Source of the DNA: an uncultured Alphaproteobacteria bacterium
Lineage (GTDB): Bacteria > Pseudomonadota > Alphaproteobacteria > HIMB59 > GCA-002718135
Direction of reading: 5' to 3'
DNA: 64,000 nucleotides
NCBI GenBank assembly: GCA_902521325.1
Contig: CABYRE010000001.1
Span: 22,917-86,916, forward strand
Part shown: positions 40,324 through 49,253 of the stretch, in pieces
Position numbering within the stretch: position 1 is the first letter of the stretch
Layout: each line of letters starts with the position of its first letter
The notes under the pieces: generated by a model
Seen by the model: the letters and a program-made list of their open reading frames with translations, nothing else
Databases searched by the model: none
What the model was told of the DNA's origin: nothing
Program-made: the position numbers and the translations under genes

Positions 40324-41093
40324 TTTCTCAAATATTATTATCTAGCATTATACATAAAAGATTTATTCCATTTAAACACACATTGAAATATGAGGTACCA
40401 AGTCTTTTTATTAATTTGGATAATCTTGATCAATTAAGTAAAAACTATAAACTTTTTTCATTAAACTCTTTTAATCTTTTTTCTATTTATGAAAATGATC
40501 ATGGATATAGAGATAAAAGGTCAATAAAGACATTCGTTAAAGATTCCCTCTCTAAATTTAATATTAAATATAAACATCTTAATATAATGATATTATGTTT
40601 TCCAAGAATTATGGGATATGTATTTGATCCCTTATCAATTATATATTGTTATGATGATAAAAAATTAATATCTATTTTCTATGAAGTCAAAAATACGACT
40701 AATGAACAACATACCTATATTTTTAAAGGAAATGTAAGTTTTGAAGATTTTAAATTATCTCATGAATGTGCAAAGCAGTTTTATGTATCTCCATTCATAG
40801 AAATGGAGGCAAATTATAAATTTTTTAATCGAATGCAAAAAGATAAAATAAATATTAATATTGATCTTTATGATAAAAATAATAAAAAAGTTCTAACAGC
40901 TACTCAGCATGGCAAATTTATAGATTTTAACTCAAAAAATATGTTTAAATTTTTATATTATAATCCACTTTTTGGTTTTAAGGTAATGGCTGGAATTCTT
41001 TATGAGGCTTTAAAAATAATCTACAAAGGTGGTAAATATTATGCACGAAAAAAGAAGCCAAATGATACAGTGAGTTTTGAAGGTAATTTTTAA
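40320..41093 (+). CDS. DUF1365 family protein (UfaO-like candidate)
   Basis: 257 aa. The N-terminus IIHKRFIPFKHTLKYEVPSLFINLDNLDQL fits the DUF1365 pattern (V.H.R..P..H.F.Y......LDLDEL). 4-nt overlap with the upstream gene. Confidence 0.7.
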   Translation: MISQILLSSIIHKRFIPFKHTLKYEVPSLFINLDNLDQLSKNYKLFSLNSFNLFSIYENDHGYRDKRSIKTFVKDSLSKFNIKYKHLNIMILCFPRIMGYVFDPLSIIYCYDDKKLISIFYEVKNTTNEQHTYIFKGNVSFEDFKLSHECAKQFYVSPFIEMEANYKFFNRMQKDKININIDLYDKNNKKVLTATQHGKFIDFNSKNMFKFLYYNPLFGFKVMAGILYEALKIIYKGGKYYARKKKPNDTVSFEGNF

Positions 41094-42287
41094 ATGAATT
41101 TTTTTAAAACAAATTTTGATAAAACTGTCGAAAAATTATTAGTAAACTTTTTATCTAAAATTCGATATGGAAAATTAACAGTTCAATTTCCTACCGGCGA
41201 GAAGAGAGTTTTTGTCGGAAAAGAGGAGGATATATCTGCAAGTTTAAAAATTTATAATTATAATTTTTTAAATTTAATTTTTAAAAAAGGTTCTGTAGGC
41301 TTTGCAGAAGCCTATATGAATGGTTACTTTTCAAGCACCGATTTAACTAATTTATTACTACTTTCTCACAAAAATGAGAGTTATTTTTTACAAAGTATAA
41401 ATACTAATCTTTTTTTTGCAACTTTTGCCAAATTAAAACATTTTTTAAATAACAATTCAAAATCACAGAGTAAAAAAAACATTAAATATCATTATGATTT
41501 AGGAAATAATTTTTATGAAAAGTGGTTAGATAAAACTATGACCTATTCTTCTGCTCTTTTTGATAATAAGAATACCAATTTATCAGATGCACAATTTAAC
41601 AAATATAGAAAGATTGCTGACACTTTATCATTAGACTCAAATTCTAAAACTTTAGAAATTGGATGTGGATGGGGTGGGTTTTCATCATTTGTAGCGAAAA
41701 ATTACAATTGTTCAGTTGATGCTATAACTATTTCTAAGGAACAATACGAATATGCTTCTGAAAAAATTCAAAATGAAGGTTTGTCAGAAAAAGTATCAGT
41801 TATATTCAGAGATTATAGGGATATCAAAAAAAAATATTCAAATATTGTTTCAATTGAAATGTTTGAAGCAGTTGGGAAGAAATACTGGCATAATTACTTT
41901 GATACAATTCGTAATTCTCTCAACGATGGCGGTATGGCTGCACTACAAGTTATAACAATTGATGAACAAAAGGCTAAAGATTATCAAAACAGACCAGATT
42001 TTATTCAACAATATATTTTTCCTGGGGGCATGCTTCCAACCAAAAAACAATTTGAATATTCAGCAAAACACGTTGGGTTAAAATGTATTGAAAAATTAAG
42101 TTTTGGCGGTTCTTACGCAAAAACACTTAAAATGTGGAACAAACAATTTCAAAAATCTTGGACTGATTTATCAAGGTTTGGCTTCGATATTAAATTTAAA
42201 AGAATGTGGGAATTTTACTTTTCGTATTGTGAAACAGGTTTTTCAAATAACTCTACTGATGTTTCTCATTTTTTAATTCAAAAATAG
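41094..42287 (+). CDS. cyclopropane-fatty-acyl-phospholipid synthase family SAM-dependent methyltransferase
   Basis: 397 aa: HYDLGNNFYEKWLDKTMTYSSALF, LEIGCGWGGF, SIEMFEAVG, YIFPGGMLP are canonical CFA-synthase family motifs. Confidence 0.85.
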   Translation: MNFFKTNFDKTVEKLLVNFLSKIRYGKLTVQFPTGEKRVFVGKEEDISASLKIYNYNFLNLIFKKGSVGFAEAYMNGYFSSTDLTNLLLLSHKNESYFLQSINTNLFFATFAKLKHFLNNNSKSQSKKNIKYHYDLGNNFYEKWLDKTMTYSSALFDNKNTNLSDAQFNKYRKIADTLSLDSNSKTLEIGCGWGGFSSFVAKNYNCSVDAITISKEQYEYASEKIQNEGLSEKVSVIFRDYRDIKKKYSNIVSIEMFEAVGKKYWHNYFDTIRNSLNDGGMAALQVITIDEQKAKDYQNRPDFIQQYIFPGGMLPTKKQFEYSAKHVGLKCIEKLSFGGSYAKTLKMWNKQFQKSWTDLSRFGFDIKFKRMWEFYFSYCETGFSNNSTDVSHFLIQK

Positions 42288-42289
42288 AA

Positions 42290-42802
42290 ATGCAAAAACT
42301 AAAAGTATTTCTAGTCTTAACTGGCTATCAACTAACTTGGTTAGCCTGTGTATTTGGTGAAACAAAATTTTCTAATCCTATGTTGGGCATCTGGGTTGGA
42401 ATTATTTTCTTACTAACTTATTTTTATTTTAATCATAATAAACAAAAATTTATTAAGATTTCACTTTTGATTTCATTTCCAGGATATTTTTTTGATACTT
42501 TATTAGTTTATTTCCAAATATACGATTTTGAAACTATTACTAAACTTGGCACTCTGCCATTATGGATGATTGTTTTATGGTTTAGTTTTAGTACTCTTTT
42601 TGATGAAATTCTTACTTTTTTTAAAAGTTATAAAATTTTAGGAATTATTTTAAGTGGAGTTTTAGGACCTGTAACCTATTATCTTGGTCAGCCTATCGGA
42701 GTTATAAAAATATATAACTTTCAGATTTTTATTATTTCAATGGTATTATTTTGGATGATCTTGATGTTCTATTATTTAAATTACGTTATAAAAAATAATT
42801 AA
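42290..42802 (+). CDS. small polytopic membrane protein (DUF2878-like)
   Basis: 170 aa with about five TM segments, the last gene of the phr operon (2-nt spacer). The DUF2878 assignment rests on size, topology and the known co-occurrence with the DUF1365/cfa cluster (recollection). Confidence 0.5.
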   Translation: MQKLKVFLVLTGYQLTWLACVFGETKFSNPMLGIWVGIIFLLTYFYFNHNKQKFIKISLLISFPGYFFDTLLVYFQIYDFETITKLGTLPLWMIVLWFSFSTLFDEILTFFKSYKILGIILSGVLGPVTYYLGQPIGVIKIYNFQIFIISMVLFWMILMFYYLNYVIKNN

Positions 42803-42895
42803 TTTTCTTGATCTACTTTTTTTGTTCTAGTTCTATTTAAAGTTCTTTCGAGATCCTTATAAGTACATAAACCAACATCCATTGGACTCTTTGCT

Positions 42896-43366
42896 TCAAG
42901 AACTGCTTCTCTGTATGTACCATTTTTTTATAGCCTCTACTGTATTTTTTGTTGAGCTGGTAAGTTTTGCAATTTGAGAACTACTTAATTCAGTCGGATA
43001 TCTTTTTATAAGCCACAAAATAGCATATGGCTTTTCTTGTCTTAAAGAAAGAGGTGTATATTTAGAATCTTTTTTTCTTGGTGGTAAATCTTCAATTACA
43101 TCAGACTTAATAAGACTCAAACGAGCTGCATTATCTTTTTCACATCTTTCAATTTCTTCTTTTGTTAATTGATTATTATCAATTGGATCATAACCTCTCA
43201 TACCGACAGCAACTTCTCCATCGGCTATTCCTTGAACCTCTAATTCATGTAATCCACAGAATTCAGCTATTTGATCAAACGTTAAAGCTGTATTTTCAAC
43301 TAACCATATTGCTGTTGCTTTAGGCATTAAAGGATATTTCATAATTGGCTCATATAATATAATCAA
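42896..43366 (-). CDS. DUF1013 family protein (alphaproteobacterial, TrcR-like), apparently truncated by a frameshift (see findings)
   Basis: 156-aa track ORF. LMPKATAIWLVENTALTFDQIAEFCGLHELEVQGIADGEV and YTPLSLRQEKPYAILWLIKRYPEL... match my recollection of DUF1013. The likely start is ATG at complement 43340-43342 or 43325-43327. The family-like C-terminus continues in another frame down to 42799. Confidence 0.7.
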   Translation of the reverse strand: MIILYEPIMKYPLMPKATAIWLVENTALTFDQIAEFCGLHELEVQGIADGEVAVGMRGYDPIDNNQLTKEEIERCEKDNAARLSLIKSDVIEDLPPRKKDSKYTPLSLRQEKPYAILWLIKRYPTELSSSQIAKLTSSTKNTVEAIKKWYIQRSSS

Positions 43367-43386
43367 AAAATAATATATAACAAAAT

Positions 43387-43575
43387 ATGACTATGACAGA
43401 TTTTTTTGAAGTTGATGAAAAACAAAAGACGGTTAAAACATTAAGTTTGGATGATTTCAGTGTTCAGGATTTACAAAATTATATTTCTGAACTTCAAACT
43501 GAAATACTAAGAGTTCAAGATGAGATAAAAAAGAAGGAAAATTTAAAACTTAATGCTGAAAAGTTTTTTAAATAA
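43387..43575 (+). CDS. DUF1192 family small coiled-coil protein
   Basis: 62 aa. L.DFSVQDLQNYISELQTEILRVQDEIKKKE....AEKFFK fits the DUF1192 pattern (LS..EL..RIA.L.AEI.R......K...R..A...F). Confidence 0.6.
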   Translation: MTMTDFFEVDEKQKTVKTLSLDDFSVQDLQNYISELQTEILRVQDEIKKKENLKLNAEKFFK

Positions 43576-43803
43576 TTATTTATTAATTTTAAGACCTTTA
43601 AATCTTTTTTGGAATCTAGCTACCTGTCCTTCAGATTCATTAAGACCAGCTTTACCACCGGTCCATGCAGGGTGAGATTTAGAGTCAATTTCTAATTTAA
43701 GAGTATCACCTTCTTTACCCCAAGTAGATCTAGTTTTAAAAGTAGATCCATCAGTCATAACAACATTTATTTCATGATATTTAGGATGTATATCTTTTTT
43801 CAT
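43576..43803 (-). CDS. rpmE: 50S ribosomal protein L31
   Basis: 75 aa: [27 protein letters not shown]...L.L.ID...HPAWTG. Confidence 0.9.
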   Translation of the reverse strand: MKKDIHPKYHEINVVMTDGSTFKTRSTWGKEGDTLKLEIDSKSHPAWTGGKAGLNESEGQVARFQKRFKGLKINK

Positions 43804-43827
43804 GAATGTCTTATATTTATATAGATT

Positions 43828-44604
43828 TTAAAGTAAAGTAAGTTTTTTAACTAATTCATTATGAATTTTATTATTTGAAGCAACTAAATCACGAGAATTT
43901 ATCTCCCATGCATTTCCATCTATTTTAGAAATTTTTCCTCCAGCTTCTTTAACTAAAAGAATGCCCGTTGAAACATCCCATAAATTTAGATCTTTTTCCC
44001 AAAAACCATCTAATTTACCAGAGGCAACATAAGCAAGATCAAGGCCTGCAGAACCAAGTCTTCTTATTCCTGCAGATGATTTTAGGATTTCATCAATCTC
44101 AATTAAATAGTTTTTATAAATTCTTTCTCCAAACGGAAGACCAGTGCCTATCAAGCAATCTGAAAAAATTTGCCTGTTTGACACTCTAAGTCTACTATTA
44201 TTACACCACGAACCTTTACCCTTAGAACTCCAAAAAAATTCGTTTAAAATTGGATTATAAATCACACCGTCTGTGATTTCACCATTTGTCATTTTAGAAA
44301 CTATTATTCCAACGTGAGGTATTCCATGTATAAAATTTGAGGTTCCATCAATTGGGTCAATAATAATTGTGTTTTCCTCACCTTTTATTTCACCAGTTTC
44401 TTCAGTTATGTAAGTATAATCTGGATAATAATATTTTAGAGTTTCTAGTAGTGTTTTTTCTACTTTAATATCTGCATTTGTTACAAAATCTCCAACTGAT
44501 TTAGATTGTATTTGTAAATTTTCTAATTCTCCAAAATCTCTTAGTAATATTTTACCAGCTTTTTTTACTGACTTTTCAAAGATATTAATAACAGCAGGCT
44601 GCAT
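43828..44604 (-). CDS. suhB: inositol monophosphatase family protein (SuhB-like)
   Basis: 258 aa: ITEE, IIDPIDGTSNF, G.PFG, RRLGSAGLDLAYVA.GKLDGFWE, W.W.D..AG. Confidence 0.85.
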   Translation of the reverse strand: MQPAVINIFEKSVKKAGKILLRDFGELENLQIQSKSVGDFVTNADIKVEKTLLETLKYYYPDYTYITEETGEIKGEENTIIIDPIDGTSNFIHGIPHVGIIVSKMTNGEITDGVIYNPILNEFFWSSKGKGSWCNNSRLRVSNRQIFSDCLIGTGLPFGERIYKNYLIEIDEILKSSAGIRRLGSAGLDLAYVASGKLDGFWEKDLNLWDVSTGILLVKEAGGKISKIDGNAWEINSRDLVASNNKIHNELVKKLTLL

Positions 44605-45170
44605 TAATTTTTTGATTTTTCGATATAACTACCGTCAATTGTACTTATTACTATTTTATCATTAACTGCAATAAATTGAGGTACAGATGTTTTAATATTC
44701 TTTTCTAAAGTAGCAGGTTTATATGATGAAGCAGCTGTTTGACCTTTTACAACACCTTCAGTTTCTACAACAGTTAATTCTACAGTATCAGGCAAGTCAA
44801 TTCCGACCGGTTTTTCATTGTAGAAATTAATAATAACATTACTATTCTCAACTAAAAATTTTGATTGATCCTCAGTCAATATGTCTGAGCCAAGTTCTAT
44901 TTGTTCATAAGTTTGTTTATCCATGAATATAAAATTATTATCATCATAAAGATATTGAAATTCTTTTTCATCAAGGATAGCTCTTTCTACTGTTTCTGAT
45001 GATCTAAACCTACTATTCATTTTAGTACCTTCTCTTATTTCTTTAAGTTCAGCCTGTAAGTAGGCACCACCCTTTCCTGGTTGAGTATGCTGGGTTTTCA
45101 AAACTTTCCAAAGTTTGTTATTAATCTCTAAAATATTTCCAACTTTAATTTCATTTCCATCTATTTTCAT
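44604..45170 (-). CDS. efp: elongation factor P
   Basis: 188 aa: GN.LEINNKLWKVLKTQHTQPGKGGAYLQAELK.I..G; three-domain length. Confidence 0.95.
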   Translation of the reverse strand: MKIDGNEIKVGNILEINNKLWKVLKTQHTQPGKGGAYLQAELKEIREGTKMNSRFRSSETVERAILDEKEFQYLYDDNNFIFMDKQTYEQIELGSDILTEDQSKFLVENSNVIINFYNEKPVGIDLPDTVELTVVETEGVVKGQTAASSYKPATLEKNIKTSVPQFIAVNDKIVISTIDGSYIEKSKN

Positions 45171-45565
45171 AGTTTTATCTTAAGTTTTTTTTGTATATTT
45201 TTAATTTTCGTAAGATCTACTACATCAAAAGTTGGATTTAATAAAACCTTATTTTTTTTAGCAATTTGATTAATTTTATTTAAGATGATTTTATTATTTT
45301 TTAATTTTAAATAATTAATATTTTCTTGAGTTAATAATATACTAAGACCTTGATCATAGCCTGAGTCGATAAAAAACTTAATATTGTGTGTCTTATATTT
45401 ATTTTTAATATGGTCTATTAACGTTCTAAGCCACTCTATCCCAAAACCTTTAATTAAAAAATATTTTATAAATATGATCGAAGTTTTGAACTTTGATTTT
45501 CGAAATTCTATTAATTTTTCAATTTGCGTTAGTGTCGATACTGCAAAACAAATTTTTTTAGGCAC
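45167..45565 (-). CDS. hypothetical protein
   Basis: 132-aa Lys/Ile-rich ORF exactly filling the space between gap (1-nt overlap) and efp (4-nt overlap). No motif recognised. Confidence 0.4.
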   Translation of the reverse strand: MPKKICFAVSTLTQIEKLIEFRKSKFKTSIIFIKYFLIKGFGIEWLRTLIDHIKNKYKTHNIKFFIDSGYDQGLSILLTQENINYLKLKNNKIILNKINQIAKKNKVLLNPTFDVVDLTKIKNIQKKLKIKL

Positions 45566-46569
45566 TAAATTAATTTCTTAAGATCAACCATAGTGTCTAC
45601 CATTCTATTTGAGAATCCCCATTCATTATCATACCAAGATAAAACTCTGCAGAATTTATTTTTGACAACTTGTGTTTGACTCATATCAAATACAGAACTG
45701 CTTGAATTATGATTAAAATCAATTGAAACTAGAGGTAATGAATTTGTTGTTAGGATTCCATTTAATTTTTTAGTTTTTGAAGCTTGAAGAACTATAGAAT
45801 TAATTTTTTCTGGGCTAGTTTTTTTTTTACTTACAAATGTAAGATCTATAAGTGAGACATTAGGAGTAGGTACTCGAATAGCTGTTCCATCTAGTTTACC
45901 TTTTAATTTTGGTAAGACTAGACTCAAAGCCTTTGCCGCTCCTGTAGAAGTCGGAATCATTGACTCAGCTGCAGCCCTTGCTCTTCTAAAGTCAGAATGG
46001 GTTTGATCAACAGTTCTTTGATCGCCCGTGTAACTATGAATTGTTGTCATGAAACCACTTTCAATTCCTAATTTTTCATCAATAACCATAGCTAAAGGAG
46101 CAAGACAGTTAGTAGTACAAGATCCGTTTGAAATTATGTTATGATTTTTTTTAATGGTATCGTTATTTACACCTTGAACAATTGTGGCATCTACATTTGA
46201 AGCTGGTGCTGAAATAATAACTTTTTTTGCTCCTGCATTTAAATGAGAAATCGCCTTTTCTTTTGAAGTAAAAACACCACTACATTCAAGAACAATATCT
46301 ACCTTGAGTGATTTCCAAGGAAGGTTATTTGGATCTCTTTCGGAATAAAAATTAATTTTATGTTTACCAATTTTTAATCCATTTTTGATTGAACTAATCT
46401 CATCTTTAAGAATACCGTGAACACTGTCATATTTAAGTAAGTGAGCACTGCTCTCAACACTTCCTAGTTCATTAATAGCTACAATATTAATATCTTTAGG
46501 ATTTTTTTCTAATAAAGCTCTTAAAACAAGTTTTCCAATTCTTCCAAATCCATTTATTGCAACTTTCAT
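45565..46569 (-). CDS. gap: glyceraldehyde-3-phosphate dehydrogenase
   Basis: 334 aa: MKVAINGFGRIGKLVLRA, active site SNGSCTTNCLAP, WYDNEWGFS. Confidence 0.95.
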   Translation of the reverse strand: MKVAINGFGRIGKLVLRALLEKNPKDINIVAINELGSVESSAHLLKYDSVHGILKDEISSIKNGLKIGKHKINFYSERDPNNLPWKSLKVDIVLECSGVFTSKEKAISHLNAGAKKVIISAPASNVDATIVQGVNNDTIKKNHNIISNGSCTTNCLAPLAMVIDEKLGIESGFMTTIHSYTGDQRTVDQTHSDFRRARAAAESMIPTSTGAAKALSLVLPKLKGKLDGTAIRVPTPNVSLIDLTFVSKKKTSPEKINSIVLQASKTKKLNGILTTNSLPLVSIDFNHNSSSSVFDMSQTQVVKNKFCRVLSWYDNEWGFSNRMVDTMVDLKKLI

Positions 46570-46580
46570 ACTTCTCCTTT

Positions 46581-48557
46581 TTATAAAGTTTTAATTATTT
46601 TTTCAATTAAGTAATCATCTGTTATCTTAAAGTGCTTATATAAATCTTTGTATGGACCACTTTCACCAAAAGTTGACATACCAACAAAATTTTCATTTTT
46701 AATATATTTTTCCCAACCATTTATTACTCCAGCCTCAATAGCAAAAATAGGTTTATTTCCTAAAATTTCATTTTTATAACCATCATCATTTTTCTCAAAC
46801 AATTCAAATGAAGACATGCTTACAACTCTTATTTTTAAATTATTGTTTTCAAAAAGTTTATTTGATGCAGAGCAAGCAATCTCAACTTCAGAACCAGAAG
46901 ATAAAATTGTTGCATCATATTCTTTAAAATCTCTTATTTTATAAGCACCTTTATTTACAAGATTTTCTTTGTGATTATTTTTTTGTAACATCGGTAGATT
47001 TTGTCTAGTTAAAACTAAGATTGTTGGTCCAGTATTGTTTATTGCACATTCCCATGCTTCTATAGTTTCAATAATATCACAAGGCCTAATGATTGTTAAA
47101 TTAGGTATAGATCTTAAAGATGCAAGATGTTCAACAGGTTGATGGGTTGGTCCATCTTCTCCTAATCCTATTGAGTCATGCGTCATTACATAAATAACTG
47201 GTATATTCATAATGGCTGATAACCTAATTGAAGGTCTGCAATAATCGGTGAATACCAAAAACGTCCCTCCATATGGAATTAAACCTTTATGCAAAGCAAT
47301 GCCATTCATTACTCCAGCCATTCCATGTTCTCTGATGCCGTAATGAATATAATTTCCATTAAAATTATCAGATGTAATTACATTCATATCTTTTGCCTTA
47401 GTGTTATTTGATCCAGTAAGATCAGCAGATCCACCAATAAGATTTTTTTGATAGTTTGAAATTAAATTAAGCGTTAGCTCACTTGATTTTCTTGAAGCGC
47501 AATTTGTTTTATCATTAAAATGCTCAGATTTTAATTCTCTAAGTTTTTCTGGAATTTGATGATCAATTTTTTGATAAAAACTATCTTTAAAATTTTTACT
47601 TTCAATTAATTCTTTGTTTTTTGATAACCATGAATTTCTTGATTCTTCATTTCTTTTATAGAAACTTTTCCACTCACGTAATAAATCATCTGGAATTTCA
47701 AATGGCGAATAATTCCATTCTAATTTTTTTCTTGTTAAACTAATTTCATCTTCACCAAGAGGTGAACCATGTGATGAAGCTGAACCCTCTTTGTTTGGAG
47801 AGCCAAAACCAATTTTAGTTTTACAAGATATAATTGTTGGAGCATCATTTTTTTTTGCTTGAATTATAGCTCGATCAATTTCCTCATATTTATGACCATC
47901 TATTTCAATTATATTCCAATTATAAGCTTCAAATCTTTTTTTCACATTGTCTGAAACTGAAAGATCTGTTGATCCATCTATGGAAATAGAATTATTATCA
48001 AAAAACATAATAAGCTTATTTAATTTTAAATGTCCTGCGAGACTACACGCTTCATGGCTTAAACCTTCCATTAAGCAACCATCTCCAGCAAAAACATAAG
48101 TGTAATGATCGAATAATTCTTTTCCATAATTATTTGATAATTTTTTTTCTGCTAGCGCCATTCCAACTGCATTTGCTAAACCTTGAGACAAAGGCCCAGT
48201 AGTTGTTTCTATCCCTTCTGCACTTCCATATTCTGGGTGACCTGCAGTTTTATTATGTAATTGTCTAAAATTTTTAATTTGATTAATGTCAATATCTTTA
48301 TATCCTGTTAGATACAAACAAGAGTATAAAAGCATTGAGCCATGCCCATTTGAAATAATTAATCTATCTCTATCAATCCACTCCGGATCATTCGGATCAA
48401 ACTTTAAATGATTTTTATAAAGAATTGTTGCGATGTCTGCCATACCCATAGGCATACCAGGATGACCAGATTTTGCCTTTTCCACTGCATCCATTGATAA
48501 AAATCTAATACAATTTGATAATTGTCTAAGATTGTTGATATTATTTAAATTATTCAA
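46581..48557 (-). CDS. tkt: transketolase
   Basis: 658 aa: SGHPGMPMGMADI, RDRLIISNGHGSMLLY, GDGCLMEG, THDSIGLGEDGPTHQP. Confidence 0.95.
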   Translation of the reverse strand: MNNLNNINNLRQLSNCIRFLSMDAVEKAKSGHPGMPMGMADIATILYKNHLKFDPNDPEWIDRDRLIISNGHGSMLLYSCLYLTGYKDIDINQIKNFRQLHNKTAGHPEYGSAEGIETTTGPLSQGLANAVGMALAEKKLSNNYGKELFDHYTYVFAGDGCLMEGLSHEACSLAGHLKLNKLIMFFDNNSISIDGSTDLSVSDNVKKRFEAYNWNIIEIDGHKYEEIDRAIIQAKKNDAPTIISCKTKIGFGSPNKEGSASSHGSPLGEDEISLTRKKLEWNYSPFEIPDDLLREWKSFYKRNEESRNSWLSKNKELIESKNFKDSFYQKIDHQIPEKLRELKSEHFNDKTNCASRKSSELTLNLISNYQKNLIGGSADLTGSNNTKAKDMNVITSDNFNGNYIHYGIREHGMAGVMNGIALHKGLIPYGGTFLVFTDYCRPSIRLSAIMNIPVIYVMTHDSIGLGEDGPTHQPVEHLASLRSIPNLTIIRPCDIIETIEAWECAINNTGPTILVLTRQNLPMLQKNNHKENLVNKGAYKIRDFKEYDATILSSGSEVEIACSASNKLFENNNLKIRVVSMSSFELFEKNDDGYKNEILGNKPIFAIEAGVINGWEKYIKNENFVGMSTFGESGPYKDLYKHFKITDDYLIEKIIKTL

Positions 48558-48642
48558 ATACTTACCTTTATGGTTGATACAAAATTATTTAATATGGGTT
48601 CATTACAGTGACAATTATAAAATTACAAACTATAAAATTATA

Positions 48643-48831
48643 ATGGAAAGACAAAAAAAAATTACAGTTCTAAGCGAAAACTTAAATAATCTAAGATCAG
48701 CTTTAGAAGATTTTAGGGATCATCATATTTCCAAAAAAGAAAAAATTAAAAATCTTGAAAATGAAATTAAAAATTTACGAAAACAAATGTCCGAGTATAT
48801 TGATGAATTGGAACTTCTAATTAAGAAATAA
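48643..48831 (+). CDS. small coiled-coil protein upstream of zapA (ZauP/ZapB-like, DUF4164-like)
   Basis: The track ORF is 48532-48831, and its first 37 codons overlap the tkt start region. I start at ATG 48643 (MERQKKITVLSENLNNLRSALEDF...), giving a 62-aa pure coiled coil 2 nt before zapA. The assignment is by position and character. Confidence 0.45.
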   Translation: MERQKKITVLSENLNNLRSALEDFRDHHISKKEKIKNLENEIKNLRKQMSEYIDELELLIKK

Positions 48832-48833
48832 CT

Positions 48834-49253
48834 ATGCTTTTTTATAAGACAAAAATTTTAAACAGAGAAATATCATTAGAATATGAAAAAAAAGATGAAA
48901 AAAAATTAATAGATTCAATAAATTTAATTAATGAAAAAATTGATGATAAATTACAAAATCCAAAATATTCTAATGGAAAAATAAGTGATACTATATTGTT
49001 ATCACTTCTCTCTATTGAGCTTCAAGCAGAGCTTTCAGAAAAACTAAATATAGAAAGAAGTTCAGAAGTAATTGATGCCAAGAATGAAGAATATCTAAAG
49101 AACAATTTAGAACTTAAAGACAAAATACTAAAACTACAAAATGAAAAAAAAATTTTAGAAGATGAAAAATTGAAATTAGATAAAGAATTTGATGAAATAA
49201 ATAAAAAAGTAGAGAGTTTAATTGATATAATTAAGAATTCTTATTATGAATAA
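48834..49253 (+). CDS. zapA: cell division protein ZapA
   Basis: 139 aa. The N-terminal KILNREISLEYEKKDEKKLIDSINLINEKID...ISDTILLSLLSIELQAEL parallels the ZapA pattern (I.GR.Y.L.C...EE..L..AA..L..K.......ER.....AL.IA.EL), followed by a C-terminal coiled coil. Confidence 0.6.
   Translation: MLFYKTKILNREISLEYEKKDEKKLIDSINLINEKIDDKLQNPKYSNGKISDTILLSLLSIELQAELSEKLNIERSSEVIDAKNEEYLKNNLELKDKILKLQNEKKILEDEKLKLDKEFDEINKKVESLIDIIKNSYYE

Noticed and set aside
48532-48642. N-terminal extensions of track ORFs using upstream or alternative starts (48532-48642 for the zauP-like gene; 57889-57924 for ftsH; 43343-43366 for DUF1013)
   Set aside because: The extensions overlap neighbouring genes or lack family similarity, and better starts with SD-like sequences exist downstream (for example AAGGAG before ATG 57925). 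I treated them as ORF-caller artefacts.
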